A stretch of DNA of 61,749 nucleotides. Source: an uncultured Candidatus Poseidoniales archaeon. GTDB taxonomy: Archaea > Thermoplasmatota > Poseidoniia > Poseidoniales > Thalassarchaeaceae. Where the stretch lies: contig CAZMVZ010000005.1 of assembly GCA_964570065.1 (NCBI GenBank), positions 1 through 61,749 of the forward strand. The letters run 5' to 3'. The notes under the pieces are model-generated. The model was not told the origin of the DNA. It did no database searches and saw only the letters and a program-made list of their open reading frames with translations. How positions within the stretch are numbered: position 1 is the stretch's first letter; each line of letters starts with the position of its first letter. The position numbers were made by a program, and so were the translations under genes. Shown piece after piece: positions 35,420-45,903 of the stretch.

Positions 35420-36037
35420 TCACTTGTTCTTGAAGCGCTTGAGGCGGAAGGTCTCCTCTCGCTCCATCTCCTCAAGCCTTAGTTGGATGAAGGTCTGAGC
35501 CTCCTTCATCTCCGGGATGACCTTGAACTCGAGTGCATTCACTCTCCTCTTAGTGGCCTCTATTTCTTCCAAGAGCCTCTTCAATGTCGCTTCCATCTCT
35601 GCTGCCTTTACCACCTTCTCAACTAACAGTGAGTAAGCGTCAGCTGCCTCGTCAATGTATGGGGACCCACCCACCATGCCAAGACCTCGATCCTCGGCAG
35701 ATAGTTTCAGATTCTGACCTTCGACCTTTGGTACCACAACTCCCATGATGTTTCTTCGTGACACCTGAACCTCAGGATGCTTCGACGCGGCTATTGCCGC
35801 ACTCTTTACAGATAGTCCACCTTCTATTGAAGATGCCAGGTTGATTGCCTGCAGCGCATCTCTGAAGGTGCCGACCAACTCTTCCCTAGCAGCTATCATC
35901 TCAGAAAGTAGAGTCCGGAACTCATGGAAAAGCCCATCCCTCTTCATCTTCAATAGATTGTACCCACTAGAGGTCTGCTTGATTCTCCTCTTCAGGTTGA
36001 TCAATTCAGATCTGGTCGGCTTGATGTCTAGGGCCAT
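35420..36037 (-). CDS. atpD: A-type ATP synthase subunit D
   Basis: MALDIKPTRSELINLKRRIKQTSSGYNLLKMKRDGL..., the typical V/A-ATPase D subunit. Last gene of the operon. Confidence 0.92.
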   Translation of the reverse strand: MALDIKPTRSELINLKRRIKQTSSGYNLLKMKRDGLFHEFRTLLSEMIAAREELVGTFRDALQAINLASSIEGGLSVKSAAIAASKHPEVQVSRRNIMGVVVPKVEGQNLKLSAEDRGLGMVGGSPYIDEAADAYSLLVEKVVKAAEMEATLKRLLEEIEATKRRVNALEFKVIPEMKEAQTFIQLRLEEMEREETFRLKRFKNK

Positions 36038-36058
36038 TTTCTAATCTCCTCGGAAATC

Positions 36059-37447
36059 TCACTCTTCCTTCTTGTCAGTTGGATGGTACTTGTCGATCCA
36101 CTTCTGGTCTAGCCTTACTAGGTACTTTGTGTCGATGTTGGCCAGAAGCTTCCAAGCAAGATCCAGAGTACCTTCGTGAATTGTCCTGTCCTCATCCCTA
36201 CTCTGCCTCAAGAATTGGTCTTCGAAAATGTCCGAGAACTTGAGCAATTGAAGGTCCCTTTCGTTCAAAGCGTCTTCACCGACAATTGCTACTAGTCCCC
36301 TGAGCTCCCTACCTTGTGCATAGGCCGCGTAAAGCTGGTCAGAAACGGACTTGTGGTCCTCTCTGGTCTTACCTGGCCCAATTCCGGCGTTCATTAGACG
36401 GCTTAGTGAGGGAAGTACGTTGATTGGAGGGTAAATTCCCTTCTGATGCAACTCTCTCGAAATAACAATCTGACCCTCAGTAATGTAACCAGATAGATCT
36501 GGAATCGGATGTGTGATGTCATCACCAGGCATTGTAAGTATTGGGAACTGTGTGATAGACCCCTTCTTTCCTTTGACCAGCCCTGCTCTCTCATACAGCA
36601 TCGCAAGATCCGTATACATGTATCCCGGGTACCCTCGTCTTCCAGGAACCTCTTCTCTAGCCGCTCCAATTTGGCGCAGCGACTCACAGTAGTTCGTCAT
36701 GTCCGTATATATCACCAGAACGTGGTAATCGTGTTCGAAGGCGAGGTACTCTGCAGCCGTTAGAGCTAGTCTTGGAGTGATCAGCCTCTCCACTGCAGGG
36801 TCATCCGCTAGATTGACGAACAGGGCCGCATTCTCTAGAGCCCCCGTCCTCTCAAGATCGTGAACGAAGAAGTTGTACTCTTCAGCCGTAATTCCCATTG
36901 CACAGAATACGACAACGAAGTCATCATCGCTGTCTACTAGTTTGGCTTGCCTTGCAATCTGCAATGCGATATCGTTGTGTGGCAAGCCACTGGCACTGAA
37001 GATCGGAAGCTTCTGTCCTCTGACCAAAGAAGTGCAGGCATCGATCGCCGAAATACCAGTCTGTATGAAAGACTCGGGACTCTGTCGTGAGTAGGGATTG
37101 ATTGCAGCCCCGATTATGTCAGCCATATCGTCCGCGACAATCTCCGGGCCACCATCTCTCGGCCTACCTGCTCCATCCAGTATCCTCCCGATAAGGCCCT
37201 TGCTAACTGGCAACTTGAACACGTCCCCTAGGAACTTGACGCCTGTCTGTCTGTCGACCGATGCAGTTCCCTCGAAGACTTGTACAATCACCTGATCGTC
37301 CGATGTATCCAGAACCTGTCCGTTCTTCATCGAACCATCACTCAGCCTTAGTTGGACAATCTCTCCGAAAGACACTGGTTCAGTCTTATTTAGGAACACT
37401 AGTGGCCCCTTTACGTCTGTAATCGTTCTGTATTCCTTTCCACTCAT
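36059..37447 (-). CDS. atpB: A-type ATP synthase subunit B
   Basis: [15 protein letters not shown]..., [50 protein letters not shown]. Confidence 0.97.
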   Translation of the reverse strand: MSGKEYRTITDVKGPLVFLNKTEPVSFGEIVQLRLSDGSMKNGQVLDTSDDQVIVQVFEGTASVDRQTGVKFLGDVFKLPVSKGLIGRILDGAGRPRDGGPEIVADDMADIIGAAINPYSRQSPESFIQTGISAIDACTSLVRGQKLPIFSASGLPHNDIALQIARQAKLVDSDDDFVVVFCAMGITAEEYNFFVHDLERTGALENAALFVNLADDPAVERLITPRLALTAAEYLAFEHDYHVLVIYTDMTNYCESLRQIGAAREEVPGRRGYPGYMYTDLAMLYERAGLVKGKKGSITQFPILTMPGDDITHPIPDLSGYITEGQIVISRELHQKGIYPPINVLPSLSRLMNAGIGPGKTREDHKSVSDQLYAAYAQGRELRGLVAIVGEDALNERDLQLLKFSDIFEDQFLRQSRDEDRTIHEGTLDLAWKLLANIDTKYLVRLDQKWIDKYHPTDKKEE

Positions 37448-37456
37448 TGTATCACC

Positions 37457-39199
37457 TCAGTTTGCCTCCATGCTAGAAGAAATCTGTTTGCCCATCTCCG
37501 AAACTAATTCCCCAATCTTGTCGCTGTAACCCTTCTCGAAGCGACCTCTCATCAGGTCTGTCCTCGCTGGGACGTTTACGACTTCTTCCAACTGGGCACC
37601 ACCTGCGATTGCCTTCTTTGCTTCCTCTTGGAAGCTCAGAATCGCTCTTGCCATGTCATATTGTAGCTTCAGATCGCTGTATGTGTCTACATCATGGAAA
37701 GCATTCTGTTGCAGGAAGAACTCTCGAATCATTCTGGCAACTTCTAGAGTCAACTGTTGATCGATTGGCAATGCATCCGAACCCACCAACTGGACAATCT
37801 CTTGCAACTCTGCTTCAACTTGAAGCAGTGTGCTAATTTCTGTTCTTACTTCGGGGAAATCTGATGCTATGTTGTCCCTGTACCATTGGTCTAGTGCCTG
37901 TGGGTATAGGCTGTACGAGCTCAACCAGTTGATGGCCGGGAAATGTCGTTGTCTAGCCAGTCCAGCATCCAAACCCCAGAAAACCTTGACAATCCTCAAT
38001 GTCCCCTGGCTGACTGGTTCTGATATGTCACCACCTGGGGGGGAAACAGCCCCGATAACCGAGACAGATCCATCATCGCCCGCAAGAGTCTGGACCCTTC
38101 CAGCCCTCTCATAGAACTCAGCTAGTCTACTGGAAAGGTATGCAGGATAACCCTCTTCACCAGGCATCTCTTCAAGTCGAGAAGAAATCTCCCTCATCGC
38201 CTCTGCCCATCTGCTAGTGGAATCTGCCATCAGGGCTACATTGTAGCCCATGTCGCGGAAATATTCCGCAATTGTAACTCCGGTGTACACCGAAGCCTCT
38301 CTGGCAGCCACGGGCATGTTTGATGTGTTAGCTATCATGACAGTCCTGTTCATCAGGGGCTTGTTTGTATTTGGATCAATCAAGTGGGGGAACTCGTCGA
38401 GAACTTCAGTCATCTCGTTCCCTCTCTCTCCGCATCCAATGTAGACCACTATCTGGGCATCAGACCACTTGGCGAGCTGTTGCTGAGTTACCGTCTTTCC
38501 TGAACCAAAAGGACCTGGTATTCCCGCGGTCCCCCCCTTAGCAAGTGGGAAGAGGAAGTCGAGAATCCTCTGCCCTGTCATCAGCGGAACGTCAGGAGCA
38601 TACTTCTGGATGAATGGTCTTGGATGCCTTACTGGCCATTCCTGCATCATTGCAATTTCCGTCCCATCCTCAAGCTTGCACACCGTCTCGGTGATGTTGA
38701 ATGAACCAGAGTCAATCTTCTTGACGACTCCTCCTTTTCCAGGTGGCACCATCACTCTGTGCTCGATAGTCTCTGTTTCCTGGACAATTCCGATTACATG
38801 GCCCGCAGAAATCTCGTCTCCGGCCTTTACGCTAGCATTGAAATCCCATTTCTTCTCGAGATCTAGCCCATCCGCATCCACTCCTCGGGTGATGAAGACC
38901 CCCATCGTCTCCTCCAACTTCGGCAGTGGCCTCTGAATGCCATCATAGATCTGCGTTAGTAGACCAGGGCCAAGTTGCACTGACAGTGTCTGCCCTGTCC
39001 TTATCACTGGCTCCCCAGGCTTGATTCCAGATGTCTCTTCGTACACCTGTATCACTGATTGGTCGCCATGCAGTTCGATTACTTCTCCCATCAAACCTTC
39101 ATTCCCGACTCTTACCACCTCGTACATTCGAGGTGCTATCCCTATCGCAGTCACAACTGGTCCGGAAATCCGGTATATTACTCCATTTTCTTTACTCAT
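37457..39199 (-). CDS. atpA: A-type ATP synthase catalytic subunit A
   Basis: [13 protein letters not shown], Walker [44 protein letters not shown]. 580 aa, no intein. Confidence 0.97.
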   Translation of the reverse strand: MSKENGVIYRISGPVVTAIGIAPRMYEVVRVGNEGLMGEVIELHGDQSVIQVYEETSGIKPGEPVIRTGQTLSVQLGPGLLTQIYDGIQRPLPKLEETMGVFITRGVDADGLDLEKKWDFNASVKAGDEISAGHVIGIVQETETIEHRVMVPPGKGGVVKKIDSGSFNITETVCKLEDGTEIAMMQEWPVRHPRPFIQKYAPDVPLMTGQRILDFLFPLAKGGTAGIPGPFGSGKTVTQQQLAKWSDAQIVVYIGCGERGNEMTEVLDEFPHLIDPNTNKPLMNRTVMIANTSNMPVAAREASVYTGVTIAEYFRDMGYNVALMADSTSRWAEAMREISSRLEEMPGEEGYPAYLSSRLAEFYERAGRVQTLAGDDGSVSVIGAVSPPGGDISEPVSQGTLRIVKVFWGLDAGLARQRHFPAINWLSSYSLYPQALDQWYRDNIASDFPEVRTEISTLLQVEAELQEIVQLVGSDALPIDQQLTLEVARMIREFFLQQNAFHDVDTYSDLKLQYDMARAILSFQEEAKKAIAGGAQLEEVVNVPARTDLMRGRFEKGYSDKIGELVSEMGKQISSSMEAN

Positions 39200-39228
39200 T
39201 TTTTTTCACTTCCTTTTTTGTTCGAATC

Positions 39229-39528
39229 TTATTTCCATAGATCGACACCAAGTGCCGACTTGATGGACTCGCGGAGGGTATTGTCCTCCTCGGTCCCAAT
39301 ACCCAAAACAGTGGGCGTCACACTCTCAGAGAGTTGCAGGCGCAACCTCTCCGGGAGCCTCATTAAATCGGAGTTGTCCACTACGACAACTCCCACCTCT
39401 GTCTGATTTAGGAGGCCTCTGAGAATCTTCTCCATCTCTTCGTCATCAGACGGGTTAAACAGTTCTTCAACTCCTGCGAGTTGGAATCCTAGTGTGAATT
39501 CTAATGGTCCTACAATTGCTATTTTCAC
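39229..39528 (-). CDS. atpF: A-type ATP synthase subunit F
   Basis: MKIAIVGPLEFTLGFQLAGVEE...VGVVVVD. 99 aa. GTG start. Confidence 0.88.
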   Translation of the reverse strand: MKIAIVGPLEFTLGFQLAGVEELFNPSDDEEMEKILRGLLNQTEVGVVVVDNSDLMRLPERLRLQLSESVTPTVLGIGTEEDNTLRESIKSALGVDLWK

Positions 39529-39537
39529 ATCTTCACC

Positions 39538-40590
39538 TCAGTAGTCCATATGCGCTTCCAGCACTTCGTTTGGGAGTCCAACTGCCTTGCCGCGCACAAG
39601 CAACCGCAGGTTCCTGACTTCCAGGGCCTTCCTTTCGATATAGTATATGATTGGGAATGGAGAAATTGGGCTCAGGTGGGCGAACCTCTTCAGGACCGTG
39701 TGCTTCTGGTGAGAGAGTAGTTCTGCAAATGGGTCCAAACTACCCATCCTTTCCGCTTCAGCCATGGCCTCATCAAAACCAGAGTCATCGAACGAGCTAC
39801 TTCTTCGGAGGGTTTCAATTAACTCTTCGTCGCTCTCCGCCTGACAGGCCTGCCTCATAGTTCCGGAGTCAATCTTTCCTCCTGGGATTACCATGGATTG
39901 ACGCTTTTCAACTGTCATACCCATTCTAATTGCACGGAATTCGTTGATCACGTTCCTATGGTCAATCTCCATCCTCAGGTATCTCCGGAGCCTTGGTCCG
40001 CCATCCCTTCCTCTAACTGCCTTCAGCGCATCAGAGAAGTATTGCAAGTCCAATGCATTCTCCATGTCCTCAAGAGTGGCATCGGCATCAAGTTTTGAGA
40101 GGGTCATCCCCCAGGATGTTCCAGACATAGCCTCAATCGCCTCTTGAAGTCCTTCAGTATTCCTCACAATGTTCAACCAAGGGGCGTTTCTTGGATTCTC
40201 AGAGGGTAGTATCTGGGATTCTATAATTTCATCAGATGCCCCGCCATTTATCGCTCTGAGTACAGTCTTTGCTTTATCGTAGTCAAATCGCTCCACATAG
40301 ATGGCGACTAGAGATTTCAAATGACCCTGACAGAACTTCAGAACTCCTGCTAGATCGTTATCCAGATTGTGGAACAACGCTGCCTCGATGGCATCAGCCC
40401 CACTCATCCTTGATCCATAGATGTCCATCTCTGCTCTGTACCCCATCTCTCCAATGCTAGCTCCAATCGAGTCGGTGCCTTGTTGGATAAGCTGGCGCAT
40501 CCTTGTCGTATCTATCAACGAGGCCTTGCGGGCCTTCGCCCGCGCAGCAGCGTTGTATAGATTCGAACGACCGTTCAGCGCCCTTGACAT
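39538..40590 (-). CDS. atpC: A-type ATP synthase subunit C
   Basis: 350-aa helical protein in the canonical position between atpE and atpF. YNAAARAKARKASLID... is typical of subunit C (the eukaryotic d homolog). Confidence 0.88.
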   Translation of the reverse strand: MSRALNGRSNLYNAAARAKARKASLIDTTRMRQLIQQGTDSIGASIGEMGYRAEMDIYGSRMSGADAIEAALFHNLDNDLAGVLKFCQGHLKSLVAIYVERFDYDKAKTVLRAINGGASDEIIESQILPSENPRNAPWLNIVRNTEGLQEAIEAMSGTSWGMTLSKLDADATLEDMENALDLQYFSDALKAVRGRDGGPRLRRYLRMEIDHRNVINEFRAIRMGMTVEKRQSMVIPGGKIDSGTMRQACQAESDEELIETLRRSSSFDDSGFDEAMAEAERMGSLDPFAELLSHQKHTVLKRFAHLSPISPFPIIYYIERKALEVRNLRLLVRGKAVGLPNEVLEAHMDY

Positions 40591-40599
40591 CTCTCTCCC

Positions 40600-41160
40600 T
40601 CACTGTTCTCCAAATAGGATATTGTTTACTTCTCCAAGGCTAGACTTCCAAGCCGCTTCCAATCGGAAGTCGAATCTGAAATCCAACACAGTGGAACCGT
40701 CTTTGGATTCAAGAACAAATCCACCCAATCCCTCTATATCTTCACCCATGGTGAAACTACTCTTGGAAAGAGCCGTTCTGTCTGAAGCTACAGGTCTCAT
40801 AATCATTCCAGACTTGGATTTGTTCGCCTCTTTGACTAATGAGTCGAGTATCTGCTTCCTTCCCTTCATTTTGGGCGACCCGACCTCATTTTTCACAGTC
40901 TCCCATGTTGCATCCAACTCTTCTCTGCGAGCGATTAGCGCTCTCTTCTGGTTCGCTTGTCTGGCAGAGGCAACCACCTCTACAGACAATTGCGCACTCT
41001 CCCTTTCGGCTTTGTCCGAAGAAATGGAGGAGACTTCTGAGACCTCGTTCCGTGCCCTTTCTTCGATTCTTTTAGCCTCTGCTTGAGCGGCTTCGACGAT
41101 AGTCGTAGCCTCCGCCTCCGCCTGACTGGCAATCTCTGCTGCCAATGCATCAAGTGTCAT
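40600..41160 (-). CDS. atpE: A-type ATP synthase subunit E
   Basis: Ala/Glu-rich coiled-coil N-terminus (LAAEIASQAEAEATTIVEAAQAEAKRIEE) and a globular C-terminus. Operon position. Confidence 0.88.
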   Translation of the reverse strand: MTLDALAAEIASQAEAEATTIVEAAQAEAKRIEERARNEVSEVSSISSDKAERESAQLSVEVVASARQANQKRALIARREELDATWETVKNEVGSPKMKGRKQILDSLVKEANKSKSGMIMRPVASDRTALSKSSFTMGEDIEGLGGFVLESKDGSTVLDFRFDFRLEAAWKSSLGEVNNILFGEQ

Positions 41161-41198
41161 TTTCTAACCTCCTATTCCGTATGGATATCGCACTCTGC

Positions 41199-41513
41199 TC
41201 AGAGCAGGAATAGTGCAAGGAATCCAAACAGTACGATGGTCTCTGGTAGAGCGGTGAAGATCAGTCCAGTAACGAACTTGCTCGAATCCTCAGCAATCAT
41301 TCCCACTGCTGCTGCTCCAATTGGTCCCTGGCTTAGTCCAGTACCGACTCCTGCCAGTCCTAGTGCTATTCCCGCGCCAAGCTTTGCTGCATCCCAGTTG
41401 TAGGACGTCGTTTCCGCGTCTCCCTCTGCTGCCGAAACCACGGATGCAAACATTGCAAACGAGAATAGGGCCATCAGGGTACTCATTCCAGTCATTGTTT
41501 TTCTGTTATTCAT
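41199..41513 (-). CDS. atpK: A-type ATP synthase proteolipid subunit K (c)
   Basis: GAGIALGLAGVGTGLSQGPIGAAAVGMIAED...ALPETIVLFGFLALFLL with the conserved carboxylate (PE). ATG at 41513 preferred over the track TTG at 41537. A hydrophobic N-terminal segment precedes the hairpin. Confidence 0.88.
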   Translation of the reverse strand: MNNRKTMTGMSTLMALFSFAMFASVVSAAEGDAETTSYNWDAAKLGAGIALGLAGVGTGLSQGPIGAAAVGMIAEDSSKFVTGLIFTALPETIVLFGFLALFLL

Positions 41514-41557
41514 TCTTTTTTCCTCCTTATTTTTCAAGCCTAGGCTTGGAATCTGAT

Positions 41558-43621
41558 TTAGTCAACCTCCACGTATTGCGTTCGAAGGCCGAATGGGTTG
41601 AAAGCCTCCCCGCTTGAGTCATAGTACTGCCTCATCCACTCTACAAAGTGCAATCTTGCAGCGTGGATGTTCGGACTGAATACTCCCAGTCCCCATGCGA
41701 AGAACTGAACCGCCAACCAGCCGAGTATGAGTACGATTGCCATCAGAGGCTCGTCAAAGGTAATTTCATCGAATAGCATGGAATTTCCCGTTTCTGCAAT
41801 TTTGACGCCCACAACACCAACCGCGAATAATCTGACATAAGATATCACTGTGGGCATCATGCCAACAGCTTCAATGGGGGCAAGTCCGATATTGATTGGA
41901 AACGGCACCCCATGATACTTGTACAGAGTCCACATAAGCATCACAGTTGCAACGATCGCAATCGCTGCACCCGGTTCCATCATCCAGTCGGCCGGTCCTA
42001 TGAATCCATAGGCAAACATGAAGCCTCCAACTAGTAGAATCATCCACGCGCCTTTCTCAAAGAATGCACAGACGAACCCAAATCCTCCATGCCCATTCCC
42101 GAAAAGCATTATGTCTCTGAATCCTATCACCAGTCCAAGGAATACGTGAATCACACCCAAATAGATGGTTAGTAGGATCAAATGTTCTAGATTCCCCTGG
42201 CTATCAACCATGACCACTCTGTGGAAGGGAAAGGCCAGTTCGATTCCTAGTGGGAGTGAAGCACTCCATGCGTGATAAGTTCCCTCGGCAATATCTGGGT
42301 ATAACATCTGTAGAGCCACTGCCGGGTTTGAACCGTAATGAGGGAAAATTTCCCATCCAGCAAACTCTGCGTATATGTAACCGAAGACGACGGTCCCGAA
42401 TCCAATGTACATCAGGAATTTTCCACCCAACTTCAGCATCTCGTTTGTGCCAGATTTACTCATTAGGAGTGCACCAAGACCCATTGTCACGAGTCCGTAT
42501 GCCATATCGCCAAGCATAATTCCGAAGAAAATAGGATAGGTGATGAACATGAATACCGTGGGATCAATTCTTCCATAAGCAGGCCTTCCTACAGCATCGG
42601 TAAGCAATTCCATTGGTCTGCTCGAGTTCCTTTCTTGGAATGCAATGGGGGGCATCTTCTGACTGTGGTGGTGGTCCGAATGTCCGTGACCTCCACCGCC
42701 CGCTTCCATCTCGAAGGGGGTTACTTCTGTGAATAGGCATATGTCCTTCAGCGCCCTTTGGACTTCTTCGGATCTACCCATTGCTACCCATCCATCGATG
42801 ACAAAGGCGTGCTCGGACACCGCTATTCTAACCGGAGCGGTCAACACGTCATGATCCCTCTCCAGGACTTCTAGTCCACAAAGAAGCATCTCCCCATTTG
42901 ATTTGCTCCAATCCTCTATCCTTTTTTCTAGGTCATACTTCTCTCCCTCTAGGGCACCCTTCGCCTTCCTAACCTCAGATAGTCGGTCAGTAGCCGAACC
43001 CTCTCCCTCTGGAATCTGAATGGTTTCGAATCCAGCCCGTTCCAGTTTGGAAGAAGTTTGCCCCGATTCTTGGTTTCTGACGAACGCCGCAATTAATCCA
43101 GACTTTCCGGTTTTCCCCTCGATGATTAACCCGGAACCCACAGCCTCTCTCGCTTCAGTAATGTTTTCCACTGTTCCAACGAATGATGTGATCGTTTTGT
43201 AATCACCAAGGAGCTCAATGTCAATTCCTAGAGGGGAGATTTGTGAGAGGGCCCCCTCTTCTTCTGTAAGGGAGGAGATTTCATTTTCCAAGTCATCAAT
43301 TCTCGAACTATCCAAAAGAACCTGGTCAATCTTGGAGGGCAGGTCACCTCCTAGAGAATCCCTAACCGGGCCAGCAGGAACTGGTCTCGTCGGACCCGAT
43401 GCATCCACTACCGAAGCCGCTGCTCTTGCCTTGACTAGTTCGCGCCCGACCTCCTCTGAACCCTCTTCCGGAGAACCAAGCGAGAACCCATCTTCACTGC
43501 CATCGTAATCGATAATGTGCAATGCCTCGAGTCGGGCAAGGATATCTACAGCCTGCCCCAAATCCTCTTTGTTCCCAGCAGCAACCATCCGGCCCATCTG
43601 CTGAGTATTTACTTGTGACAT
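41558..43621 (-). CDS. atpI: A-type ATP synthase subunit I (a)
   Basis: 687 aa with a soluble N-terminal half and a polytopic C-terminal half: ISYVRLFAVGVVGV, and HAARLHFVEW containing the essential Arg region. Confidence 0.93.
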   Translation of the reverse strand: MSQVNTQQMGRMVAAGNKEDLGQAVDILARLEALHIIDYDGSEDGFSLGSPEEGSEEVGRELVKARAAASVVDASGPTRPVPAGPVRDSLGGDLPSKIDQVLLDSSRIDDLENEISSLTEEEGALSQISPLGIDIELLGDYKTITSFVGTVENITEAREAVGSGLIIEGKTGKSGLIAAFVRNQESGQTSSKLERAGFETIQIPEGEGSATDRLSEVRKAKGALEGEKYDLEKRIEDWSKSNGEMLLCGLEVLERDHDVLTAPVRIAVSEHAFVIDGWVAMGRSEEVQRALKDICLFTEVTPFEMEAGGGGHGHSDHHHSQKMPPIAFQERNSSRPMELLTDAVGRPAYGRIDPTVFMFITYPIFFGIMLGDMAYGLVTMGLGALLMSKSGTNEMLKLGGKFLMYIGFGTVVFGYIYAEFAGWEIFPHYGSNPAVALQMLYPDIAEGTYHAWSASLPLGIELAFPFHRVVMVDSQGNLEHLILLTIYLGVIHVFLGLVIGFRDIMLFGNGHGGFGFVCAFFEKGAWMILLVGGFMFAYGFIGPADWMMEPGAAIAIVATVMLMWTLYKYHGVPFPINIGLAPIEAVGMMPTVISYVRLFAVGVVGVKIAETGNSMLFDEITFDEPLMAIVLILGWLAVQFFAWGLGVFSPNIHAARLHFVEWMRQYYDSSGEAFNPFGLRTQYVEVD

Positions 43622-43638
43622 CTAATTCCTCTAGAATT

Positions 43639-43953
43639 TCAGGACCTGAAGGCATCTAGGACTGCATTAACTGCATCATCCCTGCTTCCTTCCCCACCGT
43701 CGTGAATTGAACCGATTGCCGAGTCTCCTTCTTTGGATACCTTCTGCGCCTCACTCTCGGCAGCACTTCTCGCTTCGGAAATCTTATTCTGGGCATTGGC
43801 CTCAGAGTCAGATCTTCCTGCTTGGATAATCTCAGTAGCAGTCAGCCTAGCCTTCGAAACGATCTCTGCCGCCTTTGACTCTGCGTCGGCTATAGTTTGC
43901 TTCGCCTCACTCTCGGCCTGTCTTATTGCTCGTAGAACCTCTTCTCGTCCCAT
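43639..43953 (-). CDS. atpH: A-type ATP synthase subunit H
   Basis: About 104-aa Ala/Glu-rich coiled coil, first gene of the operon. ATG at 43953 (track GTG at 43962). Confidence 0.8.
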   Translation of the reverse strand: MGREEVLRAIRQAESEAKQTIADAESKAAEIVSKARLTATEIIQAGRSDSEANAQNKISEARSAAESEAQKVSKEGDSAIGSIHDGGEGSRDDAVNAVLDAFRS

Positions 43954-44085
43954 TCTATGCACCTACGGTGCATTCGGCGACCGTTGAGGAGTTTATGATG
44001 ATAACCTCGCGCATTCCACTAGTTTGACTCCGTCTATGCACCCTCTCGGGAACCTTCCAAATACGGCCCTCTCCGAGACTGCAAC

Positions 44086-44793
44086 ATGGACGCGCAGGGG
44101 ATGGGTGTCGATGATTGGGATGAACTCCAGAGAAACCTACTAGCCACAATCCCCGTCTATGACAGAATCAATCGCTTCGCTACATTGGGACAGGTATCAA
44201 GATGGCGTCGAATGGTCAGGGGGATGCTTCCGGACGGGAAAATCCTGGAGGTTGGATGCGGTCCCGGAAGCTTCGCAGAGGATGTTGTTGGAAGGGAGAT
44301 GGTTTGCCTAGATCCAATTCCTGAGATGCTCGCTGCGGCCGAGGAAAGAGTCAACTCTTCCCGCCAGGAGAGGGGCGATGATCCGGCAATTTTCGTCGAG
44401 GGTACTGCAGAAGAACTTCCGTTCGATGACAACTCCTTCGACGCGCTATGTTCGCTGTTCTCATTCAGAGATTGGTATAACAAGAAAGCCGGCCTCTCTG
44501 AATCCCTAAGAGTTCTAAGGCCTGGCTCTCCCATAATCATTGTAGATCCTGCCAAGATGAATCGAGTTCACGGTTTTCTGGGAGTTCTATGGATGAGGGT
44601 CTGGGTAGGGGCATATGCCAGGTTAGTATGTGGTCAGAGAGACCACCCATGGAAGTGGCTCACAAAGACGTACTCCGAATTCGGAACAACCAAGGATTAT
44701 GTTTCTATGTTGAAGGAGGTCGGATTCGTAGATGTCAAGGCTCGAGTAATCTTCCCAGGAATGGCAACTATCTGGTCCGCTCGCGCACCTTAG
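44086..44793 (+). CDS. ubiE: class I SAM-dependent methyltransferase, UbiE/MenG (COQ5) family
   Basis: YDRINRFATLGQVSRWRR (UbiE N-terminal signature), ILEVGCGPGSF (SAM motif I), FDALCSLFSFRDW. Confidence 0.8.
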   Translation: MDAQGMGVDDWDELQRNLLATIPVYDRINRFATLGQVSRWRRMVRGMLPDGKILEVGCGPGSFAEDVVGREMVCLDPIPEMLAAAEERVNSSRQERGDDPAIFVEGTAEELPFDDNSFDALCSLFSFRDWYNKKAGLSESLRVLRPGSPIIIVDPAKMNRVHGFLGVLWMRVWVGAYARLVCGQRDHPWKWLTKTYSEFGTTKDYVSMLKEVGFVDVKARVIFPGMATIWSARAP

Positions 44794-45890
44794 AATAACC
44801 AGAAGACTCTCCGACAGGTCACAGCCCTCCAAATCATCCCCCTAGTCAGACGGTTGAATGCAATATTCAGGACCCAATCGGGAAATCTGAACATAATGCT
44901 TCCAATGGCGAAAGCCCTCTTCGAGTTTCGCATCACTTCCCCCATCTGGGACTCCCACCTCTTCTCATATTCTTTCAGGTCCGTGCCGTTATTGAGATGC
45001 TCGGAAATCACTTCTCCGGCAATCCTTCCTCCAATCATCGCGATGGTGATGCCTGCCCCGTTTGATGGCAGAACCATTCCTGCCGAATCCCCGACCAGCA
45101 GGTAATTGCCCTTCACAAAAGTACGAACGGCCCCTGACATCGGAAGATATCCAGCCCCTCGAAAAACCTCCTCTCCTTCGAATCGTTCGATGAAATCATT
45201 CGCATATTCCTCCAGGCTCCTGCCCCTAGACATCTTTCTCTGTACCCCTAATCCAATATTCGACCCTGAGTCCTTCGGGAAGACCCAAGCATACCCACCC
45301 GGGGCCACGGATCCGAAGTGCAACTCTAGCGCGTCGGAATGGCGTCCATTCTTGAGTGCGAATTTTACAGGGATGTTAAGGGAACCCTCGTCCCAATACC
45401 GCTTTCTAATCGGGTCATTGTGCCCTCCGGCTCCGACAATCACCCTGCCTCTCATGGTTTCCCCATTGGATAGGACTACGGAATCTCCCTCGATACGCTT
45501 GACGCGTTTCCCTAAGAGGTAATCTGCTCCCTTTGAACGTGCTAGCTCGACCAATGCCTCATCGTGGGCGACTCTGTCCAGCACCATCCCTTCGAAATCG
45601 AAGTCCATACCCCTGCCATTTGGCTTGACAATCCTCATTTTCTCGCAGATTCTAGAGACGGCATTCTCAGGTGTTCTGAACAGATCTTCCATTTCTGGAA
45701 CCCGGGGACACAGTCTCTTCATCTCCTCGTTGGTGGGGACCAATTCTCCGCATTGTAGCGGAGAACCAATTGGGTCTCTGCCATCAATAACCAAGACACT
45801 CAAACCACCTTCCGCTGCATACCTTGCAACGGTGCTACCTGCAGGCCCACCACCGATGATTATAGCATCCCAGCACTTCTCCTCGTCCAG
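44790..45890 (-). CDS. geranylgeranyl reductase family protein (digeranylgeranylglycerophospholipid reductase-like); 5' end uncertain
   Basis: The track ORF starts at TTG 45803 (MSVLVIDG...), but the in-frame upstream sequence encodes WDAIIIGGGPAGSTVARYAAEGG, the FAD-binding motif. The frame opens after TGA at 45900-45902 and contains no ATG, GTG or TTG; CTG at 45888-45890 is the only near-cognate candidate. Also PLQCGELVP and LLVGDSAGMVLPSNGAGI. Confidence 0.75.
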   Translation of the reverse strand: MDEEKCWDAIIIGGGPAGSTVARYAAEGGLSVLVIDGRDPIGSPLQCGELVPTNEEMKRLCPRVPEMEDLFRTPENAVSRICEKMRIVKPNGRGMDFDFEGMVLDRVAHDEALVELARSKGADYLLGKRVKRIEGDSVVLSNGETMRGRVIVGAGGHNDPIRKRYWDEGSLNIPVKFALKNGRHSDALELHFGSVAPGGYAWVFPKDSGSNIGLGVQRKMSRGRSLEEYANDFIERFEGEEVFRGAGYLPMSGAVRTFVKGNYLLVGDSAGMVLPSNGAGITIAMIGGRIAGEVISEHLNNGTDLKEYEKRWESQMGEVMRNSKRAFAIGSIMFRFPDWVLNIAFNRLTRGMIWRAVTCRRVFWLF

Positions 45891-45903
45891 GGGGGCACCT
45901 CAG

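Noticed and set aside
37457-39199. Possible intein in AtpA (common in some archaea)
   Set aside because: The protein is 580 aa with contiguous conserved blocks around the P-loop. There is no insertion and no intein splice motifs.
35420-43962. Numerous 60-220-aa plus-strand ORFs across the atp operon (for example 40421-41086, 41083-41403, 38610-38936)
   Set aside because: All are antisense to strongly conserved ATP synthase subunits, are rich in Ser/Pro/Leu, and lack motifs. They are typical shadow ORFs.
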